NCBI GenBank assembly: GCA_964403155.1 | Contig: CAYOEG010000002.1 | Span: 74,296 to 138,295 of the forward strand | Length of the DNA stretch: 64,000 nt | Origin: an uncultured Candidatus Saccharibacteria bacterium | Lineage (GTDB): Bacteria; Patescibacteriota; Dojkabacteria; SC72 | Direction: 5' to 3' | Shown here: one piece after another, positions 39,703 to 48,387 of the stretch | Layout: every line of letters starts with the position of its first letter | Position numbering within the stretch: position 1 is the first letter of the stretch | Position numbers and translations under genes: made by a program | Notes under the pieces: model-generated | Seen by the model: only the letters and a program-made list of their open reading frames with translations | Databases searched by the model: none | Told to the model about the DNA's origin: nothing

Positions 39703-40572
39703 ATGTATTACGGAATACACACATCCTCTGCAAGAGGAATAGAAAATACCATCAAAGCAGCCCAGAAGTATGGAGTAAATGCCATACAAATAATGCCAAC
39801 CATACCAATGAGATGGGCAACCAAGCTCCTTCCTGATGAAATGGTTCAAACATTTGTTAATGAATTAGAAAAATCTAATGTTAAAAAGATCCTTATCCAC
39901 GGCATATACCTTACTAACCTTGCTCGAGAAGACAAGCAAATGTTCCATCTAGGTAAGATGGGTCTTGTGGTATATCTCGACTTTGCAGAAAGAGTCGCAA
40001 ATGAAATATCAGAAAGAAAGATAGACGCAGTAATACTAGGGGTATGTTTCCATCCAGGAGCACAAAAAGAACTACCATACGAAGACAGCTTAGAAAGAAT
40101 TACCCATGGGATGAACTGGGTGCTAGAACAAGTCCCAGGAAATCAGAAATTACTAATTGAAAGTACCGCGGGGACGGGAGGAACACTTGGAAGAAGCTTT
40201 ACAGAATTAGGGATTCTAAGAAATGGAGTAGAAGACAAGAAACGAGTAGGGTTTGTCATAGACACGGAACATACATATGCAGCTGGCTACGACTGGGTAA
40301 ATGATATGGAAGGAGTACTAACAGATATGGACAGAGAAATAGGGATAGAGAACGTAAAAGCTATCCATCTGAATGATTCTGCTGTAGGATGTGGTACAAA
40401 CAAAGACAGACATGCTAACTTGGGAAAGGGTAATATAGGAGAAGCAGCATTAAGAAAAATTATACATGACAAGAGATTGGAAAAAGTACCTTTCATACTC
40501 GAAACACCTGCTCTAAAAGACGAAAAATCTACCTTTGAAGAGGTAGAAACATTAAAAAATTTAATTAATTAA
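39703..40572 (+). CDS. nfo: Endonuclease IV
   Basis: GIH.S, H..YL.NL, HPG, E.TAG, DTEH, HLNDS, DRH, ILETP. Confidence 0.93.
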   Translation: MYYGIHTSSARGIENTIKAAQKYGVNAIQIMPTIPMRWATKLLPDEMVQTFVNELEKSNVKKILIHGIYLTNLAREDKQMFHLGKMGLVVYLDFAERVANEISERKIDAVILGVCFHPGAQKELPYEDSLERITHGMNWVLEQVPGNQKLLIESTAGTGGTLGRSFTELGILRNGVEDKKRVGFVIDTEHTYAAGYDWVNDMEGVLTDMDREIGIENVKAIHLNDSAVGCGTNKDRHANLGKGNIGEAALRKIIHDKRLEKVPFILETPALKDEKSTFEEVETLKNLIN

Positions 40573-40579
40573 AACTATT

Positions 40580-40711
40580 ATGAAAAGAATTTTTAAAACC
40601 AAGTTAATAGCCATTCTCCAAGAAGCTCCAAGCAGTAAGTTATTACTTATTTTTTCCTCAGGAATACTTCTTGCGGTGATTGTATATATTTGTATATTAC
40701 TTTCTAGATAA
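40580..40711 (+). CDS. Small 43-aa membrane protein (below ORF-track cutoff)
   Basis: MKRIFKTKLIAILQEAPSSKLLLIFSSGILLAVIVYICILLSR*; fills the nfo-helicase gap. Confidence 0.55.
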   Translation: MKRIFKTKLIAILQEAPSSKLLLIFSSGILLAVIVYICILLSR

Positions 40712-40713
40712 TT

Positions 40714-43700
40714 ATGACGGAGAAGGTAAAGCTAAATGAAAATCAGAAGAAGGCTGTTCAGTATGTAGAGGGGGATCTTCTGATTATTGCTGGTGCAGGG
40801 ACAGGTAAAACGGCAGTCATAACCCAGAGGATATTACATCTCATCAAAAAATGTAATGTAAAACCTTCGGAGATACTAGCTTTAACATTCACAGAGAAGG
40901 CTGCTGCTGAGATGCAGGAGAGAATAGATAATGAGATGGAGTACGGGTACGAAGAACCTTGGATATCCACATTCCATTCATTCTGTGATGGTATTTTGAA
41001 GGAAGAAGGCTACAACATTGGTTTGGATGGAAACTATTCATTGATGACCACAGCGCAGTCATATATCTTCATCAGAAAATACCTGCACGATTTACCATTG
41101 AAGACGCTCAAGCCAAGAGGGATGGTGACCAAGACACTCAATGACATCCTTAAACATTTCTCAAGACTTCAAGACGAGGATGTATCTCCAGAAGACTATC
41201 TAGCATTTGCTAAAAAATTACCTAAGAATACTGAAGCAGAGAAGGCAGATTTTGATAAATACAATGAGTTAGCAGAGACATACAATATGTATTCTGATCT
41301 GAAGTTGAAAGAATCCAAGGTAGATTTTGGAGATTTAATTATCCTTACATTAAAGCTGTTCAGGGAGAGACCAAATATTTTAGAAAAATACAGGAAGAAG
41401 TTTAAATATATCTTGGTAGATGAATTTCAGGATACTAATTACACTCAAAATGTGTTGGTAAATATTCTTACTTTAGGCCTAGATGAAAGTAAAAAGAAGG
41501 AATCGAAAAGAAAAAATGAAAATCAAAGACCACTTCTTACTGTCGTAGGGGATGACGATCAAGCAATTTACAAATTCAGAGGTGCCGCAATCTCCAACAT
41601 TCTTCAGTTCAAAGAAACATATCCTGATGCTATGGAAGTGGTTTTAACTGAAAACTATCGTTCAAGACAAGAAATCCTAGATGCATCACACACCCTAATT
41701 GAAAAAAATAACCCAAATAGATTGGAAGTGACAGAGGAGATAGACAAAAAGCTTGTTGCAAAGGGAGTGTTTAGGGAAGATGAAAATATTGTGAATCTAA
41801 TTACCGCAGGAAACGAAACAGCTGAAGCAGAAAAGATTGCAGAAGAAATTGCGAAATTAACAGGCTTTGGGGAGTACGCAAAAGAAACAGAAAAGGCACA
41901 AGTATTTGATGAAACAGGGCAATCTTCTTTAGTTTCTAACACAGGTGAGATGCCATACAAATTCTCGGATATAGCAATATTAGTAAGGGCCAATTCTCAT
42001 TCAGAGGCGATTGTTCAAGCATTGAGGGATATGGGTATAGAGTACAAGCTAGGAGGATCAAGGGGTTTGTATTTCAGACCTGAGATCCAGGACATTATTG
42101 CCTATATGAAGATACTTACAGACTACTCTGACGAGATATCTATGTACAGGATATTAGCTATGCCAATATGGAAGTTGAGTCCAAGGGAGTATATGGACGT
42201 AAATAGGTTGGCAAGAGAGGAAAAGATATCGCTATTCCAAGAATTAGAAAAACTTTGGAATGTAAGATTAGGGGAGGGAAAAACTGATGAGATTGCAGTT
42301 ATTGAAAATAATTTGATAGAAAAGGTATTCAACGCAGAGAGTATCGCAAGTATTACAAATCTGTTAATCATTTTGAATGAATCCATATTAAAAGTTAAAG
42401 ACGGAAGGCCGATTACAGAGATTCTGTATGATTTTGTAAAAACAAGTGGATATTTGGATTCGTTTGTTACAGAGAATACATCCGAAAGTCTCTTTGCAGT
42501 CTCAAATATTCAGAAATTCTTTGAATCAATTAGAAAATATGAAAAAGACAACCAAAATACAAATATCTACGAATATGTTGACTATCTAAACTATTGTATA
42601 GAGGTAGGGGAGTCTCCAGTGGTTGATCAACTCGAGATGGAGGAATTTAATGCTGTGAATATTATGACAGTACATGGGGCAAAAGGCTTGGAGTATCCAG
42701 TTGTGTTTTTGACCAATCTTGTGTCACAGAGATTTCCATCTAGAAATATGAGTGATTCAATTCCAATGCCGGAAGAACTTGTTAAAGAAGTATTGGACAA
42801 GAAGATGAGCGCAGAGGAATCACACATGCAAGAGGAAAGAAGGCTTTTTTATGTTGGAGCTACACGTGCGAAAGAGAAATTGTATCTCACCGCGGCGAGT
42901 TTCTATGGTGATGCTAAAACTAAGAAAAAACCAAGTGTGTTCCTTTATGAAATTCTTGATAGGGATGTGGCAGAAGAATTCTCGGGAGAAAAGAGTGATA
43001 TTAATATTGATAGCTTTGAAGAAAAAGAGAGTGTTTCAATAACTGGGGCGGATGTAAGAATCCAAGTTGCTAAAAATTTCAGTTACTCGCAGTTAGATAC
43101 GTATGAAGTATGCCCTAGAAAATATGAATATGCATATATATTGAAAGTTCCCCAGAAACCCAATGCGGCGCTTTCATTTGGTATAACGGTGCATAATACA
43201 TTGAATAACTTCTATGCATTGCATAAGAAAGCACAAGAGGGGATAGAAGGAATAGTTCAGTATCCTATGGAAGATGAAATGATAGAACTTTATGAGAAGA
43301 ATTGGACCAGAACAGGCTACGATAGTAGCAAACATGAGCAATTAAGGAAGACCCAGGGAGAGAATATTCTGAGAGAATATTTTAAGAATATATATTCAAA
43401 GGAAGAAAGAATATTAAATCTTGAGGAGAATTTCTCAGTACATACAGCTGAATACAGCTTTGGTGGTAAGGTGGATAGGATTGATTTGGTAGAGGAAGTA
43501 GGGGGTGTGAAGCAGGTTAGAATTGTTGATTACAAAACGGGGAAGGTGAAGAAAGAAGCGGAGATAAAGAATGACCTGCAACTTCCTTTGTATGCGATTT
43601 TTGTAGAGCAAAAATTCGGATACAAAGTAGTGGGTGCCAGGTACATTTTCTTAGAAGAGGGCGTTTCCATTGATGTTGATTTGTTAGAGAAACGAAGAGA

Positions 43701-43827
43701 AAAGGCACAAGAGAAGATGGTCGAGCTTGTTTCTAAAATCCAATCAAAAGAATTCCCAGCAGATCCAGATCCATTCAAATGTAGTATGTGTGATTACAGA
43801 TCTGTGTGCGAATTCGCCAAAATATAG
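40714..43827 (+). CDS. UvrD/PcrA helicase fused to PD-(D/E)XK nuclease (AddA/AdnAB-like)
   Basis: AGAGTGKT, VDEFQDTN, ENYRS, HGAKGLE, EERRLFYV; C-terminal CP..Y, DRID, VDYKTG, CxxC..C. Confidence 0.92.
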   Translation: MTEKVKLNENQKKAVQYVEGDLLIIAGAGTGKTAVITQRILHLIKKCNVKPSEILALTFTEKAAAEMQERIDNEMEYGYEEPWISTFHSFCDGILKEEGYNIGLDGNYSLMTTAQSYIFIRKYLHDLPLKTLKPRGMVTKTLNDILKHFSRLQDEDVSPEDYLAFAKKLPKNTEAEKADFDKYNELAETYNMYSDLKLKESKVDFGDLIILTLKLFRERPNILEKYRKKFKYILVDEFQDTNYTQNVLVNILTLGLDESKKKESKRKNENQRPLLTVVGDDDQAIYKFRGAAISNILQFKETYPDAMEVVLTENYRSRQEILDASHTLIEKNNPNRLEVTEEIDKKLVAKGVFREDENIVNLITAGNETAEAEKIAEEIAKLTGFGEYAKETEKAQVFDETGQSSLVSNTGEMPYKFSDIAILVRANSHSEAIVQALRDMGIEYKLGGSRGLYFRPEIQDIIAYMKILTDYSDEISMYRILAMPIWKLSPREYMDVNRLAREEKISLFQELEKLWNVRLGEGKTDEIAVIENNLIEKVFNAESIASITNLLIILNESILKVKDGRPITEILYDFVKTSGYLDSFVTENTSESLFAVSNIQKFFESIRKYEKDNQNTNIYEYVDYLNYCIEVGESPVVDQLEMEEFNAVNIMTVHGAKGLEYPVVFLTNLVSQRFPSRNMSDSIPMPEELVKEVLDKKMSAEESHMQEERRLFYVGATRAKEKLYLTAASFYGDAKTKKKPSVFLYEILDRDVAEEFSGEKSDINIDSFEEKESVSITGADVRIQVAKNFSYSQLDTYEVCPRKYEYAYILKVPQKPNAALSFGITVHNTLNNFYALHKKAQEGIEGIVQYPMEDEMIELYEKNWTRTGYDSSKHEQLRKTQGENILREYFKNIYSKEERILNLEENFSVHTAEYSFGGKVDRIDLVEEVGGVKQVRIVDYKTGKVKKEAEIKNDLQLPLYAIFVEQKFGYKVVGARYIFLEEGVSIDVDLLEKRREKAQEKMVELVSKIQSKEFPADPDPFKCSMCDYRSVCEFAKI

Positions 43828-43850
43828 TGTGGTATAGTATAATAATGCCT

Positions 43851-44201
43851 ATGAATATTATAGAAATGCTAAATAATTTGTTCCCAGTACAGAAGGCATA
43901 CGCATCGTTGGGATCTTCGTTGAGTGGGGAACTGGAGAAGTTATCTGACTCTAGTGCAGCAGATGAATATGGATTGGTAGAGATTGTAAAAAATATTGCC
44001 ATCCCATTAAGTGTTATCTGTGTTGTACTTTTATTGATTTATGGAGGGTATATGCTTATGTCTAGCAAGGGTGATCCAGATAAGCTTCAGGAAGCAAAGC
44101 AGGTTATAACTAATGCAATTATTGGTTTTGTTGTTATATTATTATGTGTGGCAATATTAATATTAATTTCTAATACATTAGGTTTGGGAATCTATGAATA
44201 A
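43851..44201 (+). CDS. VirB2/TrbC-like (T4SS) pilin 1
   Basis: GGY.LMSS.GDPDKL..AK..I.NAIIG hairpin motif. Confidence 0.8.
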   Translation: MNIIEMLNNLFPVQKAYASLGSSLSGELEKLSDSSAADEYGLVEIVKNIAIPLSVICVVLLLIYGGYMLMSSKGDPDKLQEAKQVITNAIIGFVVILLCVAILILISNTLGLGIYE

Positions 44202-44493
44202 CTTAGCAATCAACATATCACAATTTTCCTCCATCTTTACAACAAAGTACTATGATGTTGAGACATTTGCAAACAGTAAGCTGGCGGAAATTATAAACTG
44301 GGCTACTGGGTTTGCAGCTTTGGTGGCAGTAATATTTCTCATCATTGCAGGATATACATATATAACAGCAGCTGGTGATGCAGATAAGATTGAAAAAGCA
44401 GGGAAAACTATAACCGCAGCAATAATTGGATTAGTAATTGTTTTTGTAGCGAGGGTATTGGTAGAGTTCGTTTTAAGAAAGCTTATAGGGTAA
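44194..44493 (+). CDS. VirB2/TrbC-like pilin 2
   Basis: AGY.YITAAGD..KI..A...I..AIIG. Confidence 0.8.
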   Translation: MNNLAINISQFSSIFTTKYYDVETFANSKLAEIINWATGFAALVAVIFLIIAGYTYITAAGDADKIEKAGKTITAAIIGLVIVFVARVLVEFVLRKLIG

Positions 44494-44556
44494 TCTTGAA
44501 ACATTTCTATCATTTGTATATAATAAACACATAAATTAATATATTTTTAGATTTTT

Positions 44557-44913
44557 ATGAAAACACCAAAAATCTTAGCAGGCGCAACATCTATTTTCTC
44601 AGGATTATATTTAGCTTCTGCAGCTTTCGCAGGCGCAACATCCGATGCAGAGGGTCTTATACAAAATATCGGCGGTACTGGAAAAGCAGACCTTATGACT
44701 TTGATCTATAGCTTAATAAACTGGGCTATCGGCATTGCGGCTTTGGTTTGTGTAGTAGTCTTAATCTTCAGTGGTTATAAGTATATTACTGCTGCAGGAG
44801 ATGAGGCTAAGGTAGAGAGTGCTACAAAAACATTAACCTTTGCAATTATTGGTTTAGTTGTTTGTTTCATTGCAGTCATCTTAGTAAAATTTGTTCTCCA
44901 GAAGCTCGTTTAA
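44557..44913 (+). CDS. VirB2/TrbC-like pilin 3
   Basis: Signal-like AFA; SGYKYITAAGD..KV..A...L..AIIG. Confidence 0.8.
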   Translation: MKTPKILAGATSIFSGLYLASAAFAGATSDAEGLIQNIGGTGKADLMTLIYSLINWAIGIAALVCVVVLIFSGYKYITAAGDEAKVESATKTLTFAIIGLVVCFIAVILVKFVLQKLV

Positions 44914-44940
44914 TAGCTCAAAGAGAGAAACGCTTAAGTT

Positions 44941-45210
44941 ATGGGAATAGATTTGAGCCCTTTGGTGGGTACTAGCTATGAAAATTTGCAGGAGTTTTTG
45001 TATTTTTTAATTAACTATGCAATAACGATTTCTGCAGTGGTTGCAGTCGTTTCATTAATAATATCAGGGTTTAAATACATTCTATCTTTTGGTGATGATA
45101 AGAAGGTAAAGGCCGCAACTAGCTCAATCATATACTCTCTAGTAGGTTTGGTACTTGTGTTTGCAGCCCCTATAGTTATAAAATTTGTTATTAATACTTT
45201 ACTAAAATAA
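44941..45210 (+). CDS. VirB2/TrbC-like pilin 4
   Basis: SGFKYILSFGD..KV..A...I..SLVG. Confidence 0.8.
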   Translation: MGIDLSPLVGTSYENLQEFLYFLINYAITISAVVAVVSLIISGFKYILSFGDDKKVKAATSSIIYSLVGLVLVFAAPIVIKFVINTLLK

Positions 45211-45212
45211 TA

Positions 45213-45572
45213 ATGAACAAATTACTTGGTTTGATAACGTATTTTTCATCTCTTTTCTTTGCAACACCAGTCTTGGCAACGAATACAGACCCAGGTGGTA
45301 TGGGTAATACAGTTGTTGGTGCAGGGGATGAACCACTAAAGATAGAAGTAATAGCTGGTGTCGTTGATAAAGTTATGAATATCGTATTCCCAGTAGCCGG
45401 AGTCCTGTGTGTAATATTTATCATTATTGGAGGATATATGTGGATTGCTTCTGCAGGTGATCCTGCTAAGGTAAAACAGGCACAAGGGACATTGACTTGG
45501 GCAATCATAGGTTTAGTCTTTGTATTAGTAGTGAGGCTAATAGTTAGTGCAGTGATAGGTGCTTTAGAGTAA
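45213..45572 (+). CDS. VirB2/TrbC-like pilin 5
   Basis: Signal-like VLA; GGYMWIASAGDP.KV..A...L.WAIIG. Confidence 0.8.
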   Translation: MNKLLGLITYFSSLFFATPVLATNTDPGGMGNTVVGAGDEPLKIEVIAGVVDKVMNIVFPVAGVLCVIFIIIGGYMWIASAGDPAKVKQAQGTLTWAIIGLVFVLVVRLIVSAVIGALE

Positions 45573-45607
45573 TCCAAAAATATCATTCATATAGTGTATA
45601 ATTAGCT

Positions 45608-47449
45608 ATGGTTAAAAAGCCCCTAAATTTCTTACAACTTTGTTTAACTGTCATCCTTTGTGGATATGGGTTTATGCTTTTTACAAATCCTGTATATTCT
45701 GATGAGGCAACAGATCTTGAGAATCAGATAAATCAAAAGAATCAAGAATTAAATGAGAAACAAACAACCCTTTCCCAAGTAGAAGCTAGAATTAAGGAGA
45801 TTAGTGGAAGTAACTATTCAGTAAGTCAAAAGATTGCATTGATAAATGAAGAGATAGCAAAACTAGATGCTAGTATTGCTGCAAATTCGGAGGCTTTGAA
45901 TTCGAAGATCAAGGAGATTGAGGGCAGACAAGCCCTTATTGCTCAGAAGAAAGTAGAGATGGATCAGCTTTCTACAGATCTATATATGCAATCTAGATAT
46001 AGGATGGCAACATTCTTCCTCTCAGGTAAGGATTGGGATATTTTAGTTAAGGAATTTTTCTTAAAACAGAGTAGTATTTCTGTTTTAAAAACAGAGGTTG
46101 AACAGATTAATGGAGAATTTAGTAGTTTAGAAGAGAGTAGGGCGTTGTTAGAGGCAGAAAAAACAAATCTTGAGGCTCAGAAGAAGGATATGGATGATTC
46201 TTATGCTTTGTTAGCTGCTGAGAAGGCAAAGTTGCAGAGTGAATTAAATAGTCAGTATGCAAGTAAGAGTTCGTTGACTAAGACCATAGGGAGTCTTTCT
46301 AAAGAAATTTCTCAATTACAACAATATCTTTTGACAGTGAAATCTGGCGGTACTGTTGTGAATGCGAATTCTGTTCCCCAAAGTTCTTCTGATCCTCAAT
46401 CGTCTCAACTATATTTTCGAAACAATGCTCCATCTGGTGCCTTCGCAGTTTTCTCGTATGGTGCATATACATGGAGACATGGTATGAGTCAGTGGGGGGC
46501 AAGGGCAAGGGCTGATGCGGGACAGTCATATCAGACCATCCTCTCTGCTTATTATCCTGGTACAACGATGGTGAGTGATACAATGAGCACGATAACTGTG
46601 AGATCTTGCAATAGAAACGGCGCACGTTGTAGTGTTTGCAATAGTCCTACATATGCAACATACAGTTTTGAAGACTATTACATGAAGAAAATTGCTGAAA
46701 TGCCAGATGATTTTGGACCAGAGGCTTTGAAAGCACAAGCAATCGCTACAAGAACCTATGCACTTAAAGCAACAAACTATGGGGCAGAAGCAATAGATGA
46801 TGACGAATGTGATCAGGTATTTAATGCAGGTGTGAATAAACCCAATTGGGAGGCCGCAGTTGCAGCCACCAGTGGTATTGTCCTTGCAACTGGGGGAACA
46901 TTAGCAGATACCCCATATGCAGCTGTTCATGGTGGGTATTCATATGATATGGGTTGGGATACCAAATCGGGCAATGGAGGATATTTAGATTGGGAAAAAG
47001 ACGCTTGGGAGAGTGCATCCCAAGTCAGTTGGTTCTACAAAAACTGGTTTAGAAAGGGGTATTCTTTAAGCGGAAATAACTGCGGACGTAATCCATGGCT
47101 AACAAATATTGAAATGGCGGATATATTAAATGCATATTTAAGATGGACGCAAGTTAGTAGCGACTCTAGAATTGTTGCGGTAGACACAACTAGTTGTTGG
47201 GGACAAGCTGCTAACCCATACAGTATTGCTCAACTTCAAGCTGTTGTCTCGAATCCGGTAACATATGTGTATAGCTCAGTCGTAACGAACTCGAATGGTA
47301 CCACGACGAATGTGTCATTTAACACAAACAGGGGAGTTATAAATATACCAGGTCAAGATTTCAAGACAGTTTTCAATATGAGGGCTCCAGGTGCAGTAAG
47401 AATTCCTCAAAATGGAACAATCATGAACATCAACATAGAGTACAAATAA
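45608..47449 (+). CDS. Exported coiled-coil + SpoIID/LytB lytic transglycosylase-like protein
   Basis: Signal peptide, about 200-aa coiled coil, GMSQWGA...ILSAYYPG, AEMP, EALKAQAIATRTYA. Confidence 0.85.
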   Translation: MVKKPLNFLQLCLTVILCGYGFMLFTNPVYSDEATDLENQINQKNQELNEKQTTLSQVEARIKEISGSNYSVSQKIALINEEIAKLDASIAANSEALNSKIKEIEGRQALIAQKKVEMDQLSTDLYMQSRYRMATFFLSGKDWDILVKEFFLKQSSISVLKTEVEQINGEFSSLEESRALLEAEKTNLEAQKKDMDDSYALLAAEKAKLQSELNSQYASKSSLTKTIGSLSKEISQLQQYLLTVKSGGTVVNANSVPQSSSDPQSSQLYFRNNAPSGAFAVFSYGAYTWRHGMSQWGARARADAGQSYQTILSAYYPGTTMVSDTMSTITVRSCNRNGARCSVCNSPTYATYSFEDYYMKKIAEMPDDFGPEALKAQAIATRTYALKATNYGAEAIDDDECDQVFNAGVNKPNWEAAVAATSGIVLATGGTLADTPYAAVHGGYSYDMGWDTKSGNGGYLDWEKDAWESASQVSWFYKNWFRKGYSLSGNNCGRNPWLTNIEMADILNAYLRWTQVSSDSRIVAVDTTSCWGQAANPYSIAQLQAVVSNPVTYVYSSVVTNSNGTTTNVSFNTNRGVINIPGQDFKTVFNMRAPGAVRIPQNGTIMNINIEYK

Positions 47450-47492
47450 CCTTGTTCTAACCTTTATTCTATGATATCGTTATACAACCAAT

Positions 47493-48116
47493 ATGAAAGA
47501 CATAATAAGTCAGAACAATAACATCCCTAAGAAATTCAGAAACCTGAAGAGATCTTTCGTAGAAACAATCGCTTTGCACAATGACCACTCCTTTAAATCA
47601 TTTCCCAAAGGATTAAAATTCCATGGAAAAGAACAGGGAGAAGAAATTGTATTGGTCATAAGATCACATTGGATAATATATCTACCACAGATATTGGCAA
47701 CACTATTAGTATTGGCCTTACCATGGATCCTTGTTGGGATATTTAGCTCTATCCTACACAATTTCACAATATTCCTGGCCTTACTAATAACCTCGTTCTT
47801 AATTGCTGCTAGTATTGTAGTCTCATCAATCCTAAAATGGTATTACAATGTCAGTATAATAACTGATCAGAGAGTCATAGATTTGGATTTCCCTAATATA
47901 ATGGCACATTCTATGTCTGAAGCTCAGCTTGAAAAAATTGAAGATGTAACACACAAACAGCTTGGGATATTAGGAAGTTTCTTTGATGTAGGATCGGTAT
48001 ATATCCAAACCGCAGGAACAGCTCAAAATATCGAATTTACAAATGTCCCAAGACCAAGAGATATTCAAGATATTTTAATAGATATGTTGGAATCTAAGCA
48101 GAAAGGAGAAATATGA
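47493..48116 (+). CDS. Membrane protein with bacterial PH domain
   Basis: IRSHW, 2 TM, IITDQRVID, GSV.IQTAG, VPRP. Confidence 0.8.
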   Translation: MKDIISQNNNIPKKFRNLKRSFVETIALHNDHSFKSFPKGLKFHGKEQGEEIVLVIRSHWIIYLPQILATLLVLALPWILVGIFSSILHNFTIFLALLITSFLIAASIVVSSILKWYYNVSIITDQRVIDLDFPNIMAHSMSEAQLEKIEDVTHKQLGILGSFFDVGSVYIQTAGTAQNIEFTNVPRPRDIQDILIDMLESKQKGEI

Positions 48117-48385
48117 TGGATAATCCAAATGATATATTGGACAATTTAGGTAAAAATCCATTATCAGGGTTAGGAATAAATGCAATCGGTCTTCTCAAAG
48201 CACCAATAATCATAATCCTCATAGGTAATCTTCTCTTCTCAGCACTACTCTTCTTAAGATCTAGAATCCTAGCAGACACATTTGAATCTTCCAGTAACAA
48301 AGTTATAAAAATAATAGTATCTAGTTATCTTGTTCTAACAGTTATAGGAAGCATAGTCACGGTACTATTTCTTTTAATTGGATAA
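48113..48385 (+). CDS. Small hypothetical membrane protein
   Basis: 2 TM; coupled to neighbouring genes. Confidence 0.65.
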   Translation: MMDNPNDILDNLGKNPLSGLGINAIGLLKAPIIIILIGNLLFSALLFLRSRILADTFESSSNKVIKIIVSSYLVLTVIGSIVTVLFLLIG

Positions 48386-48387
48386 TT

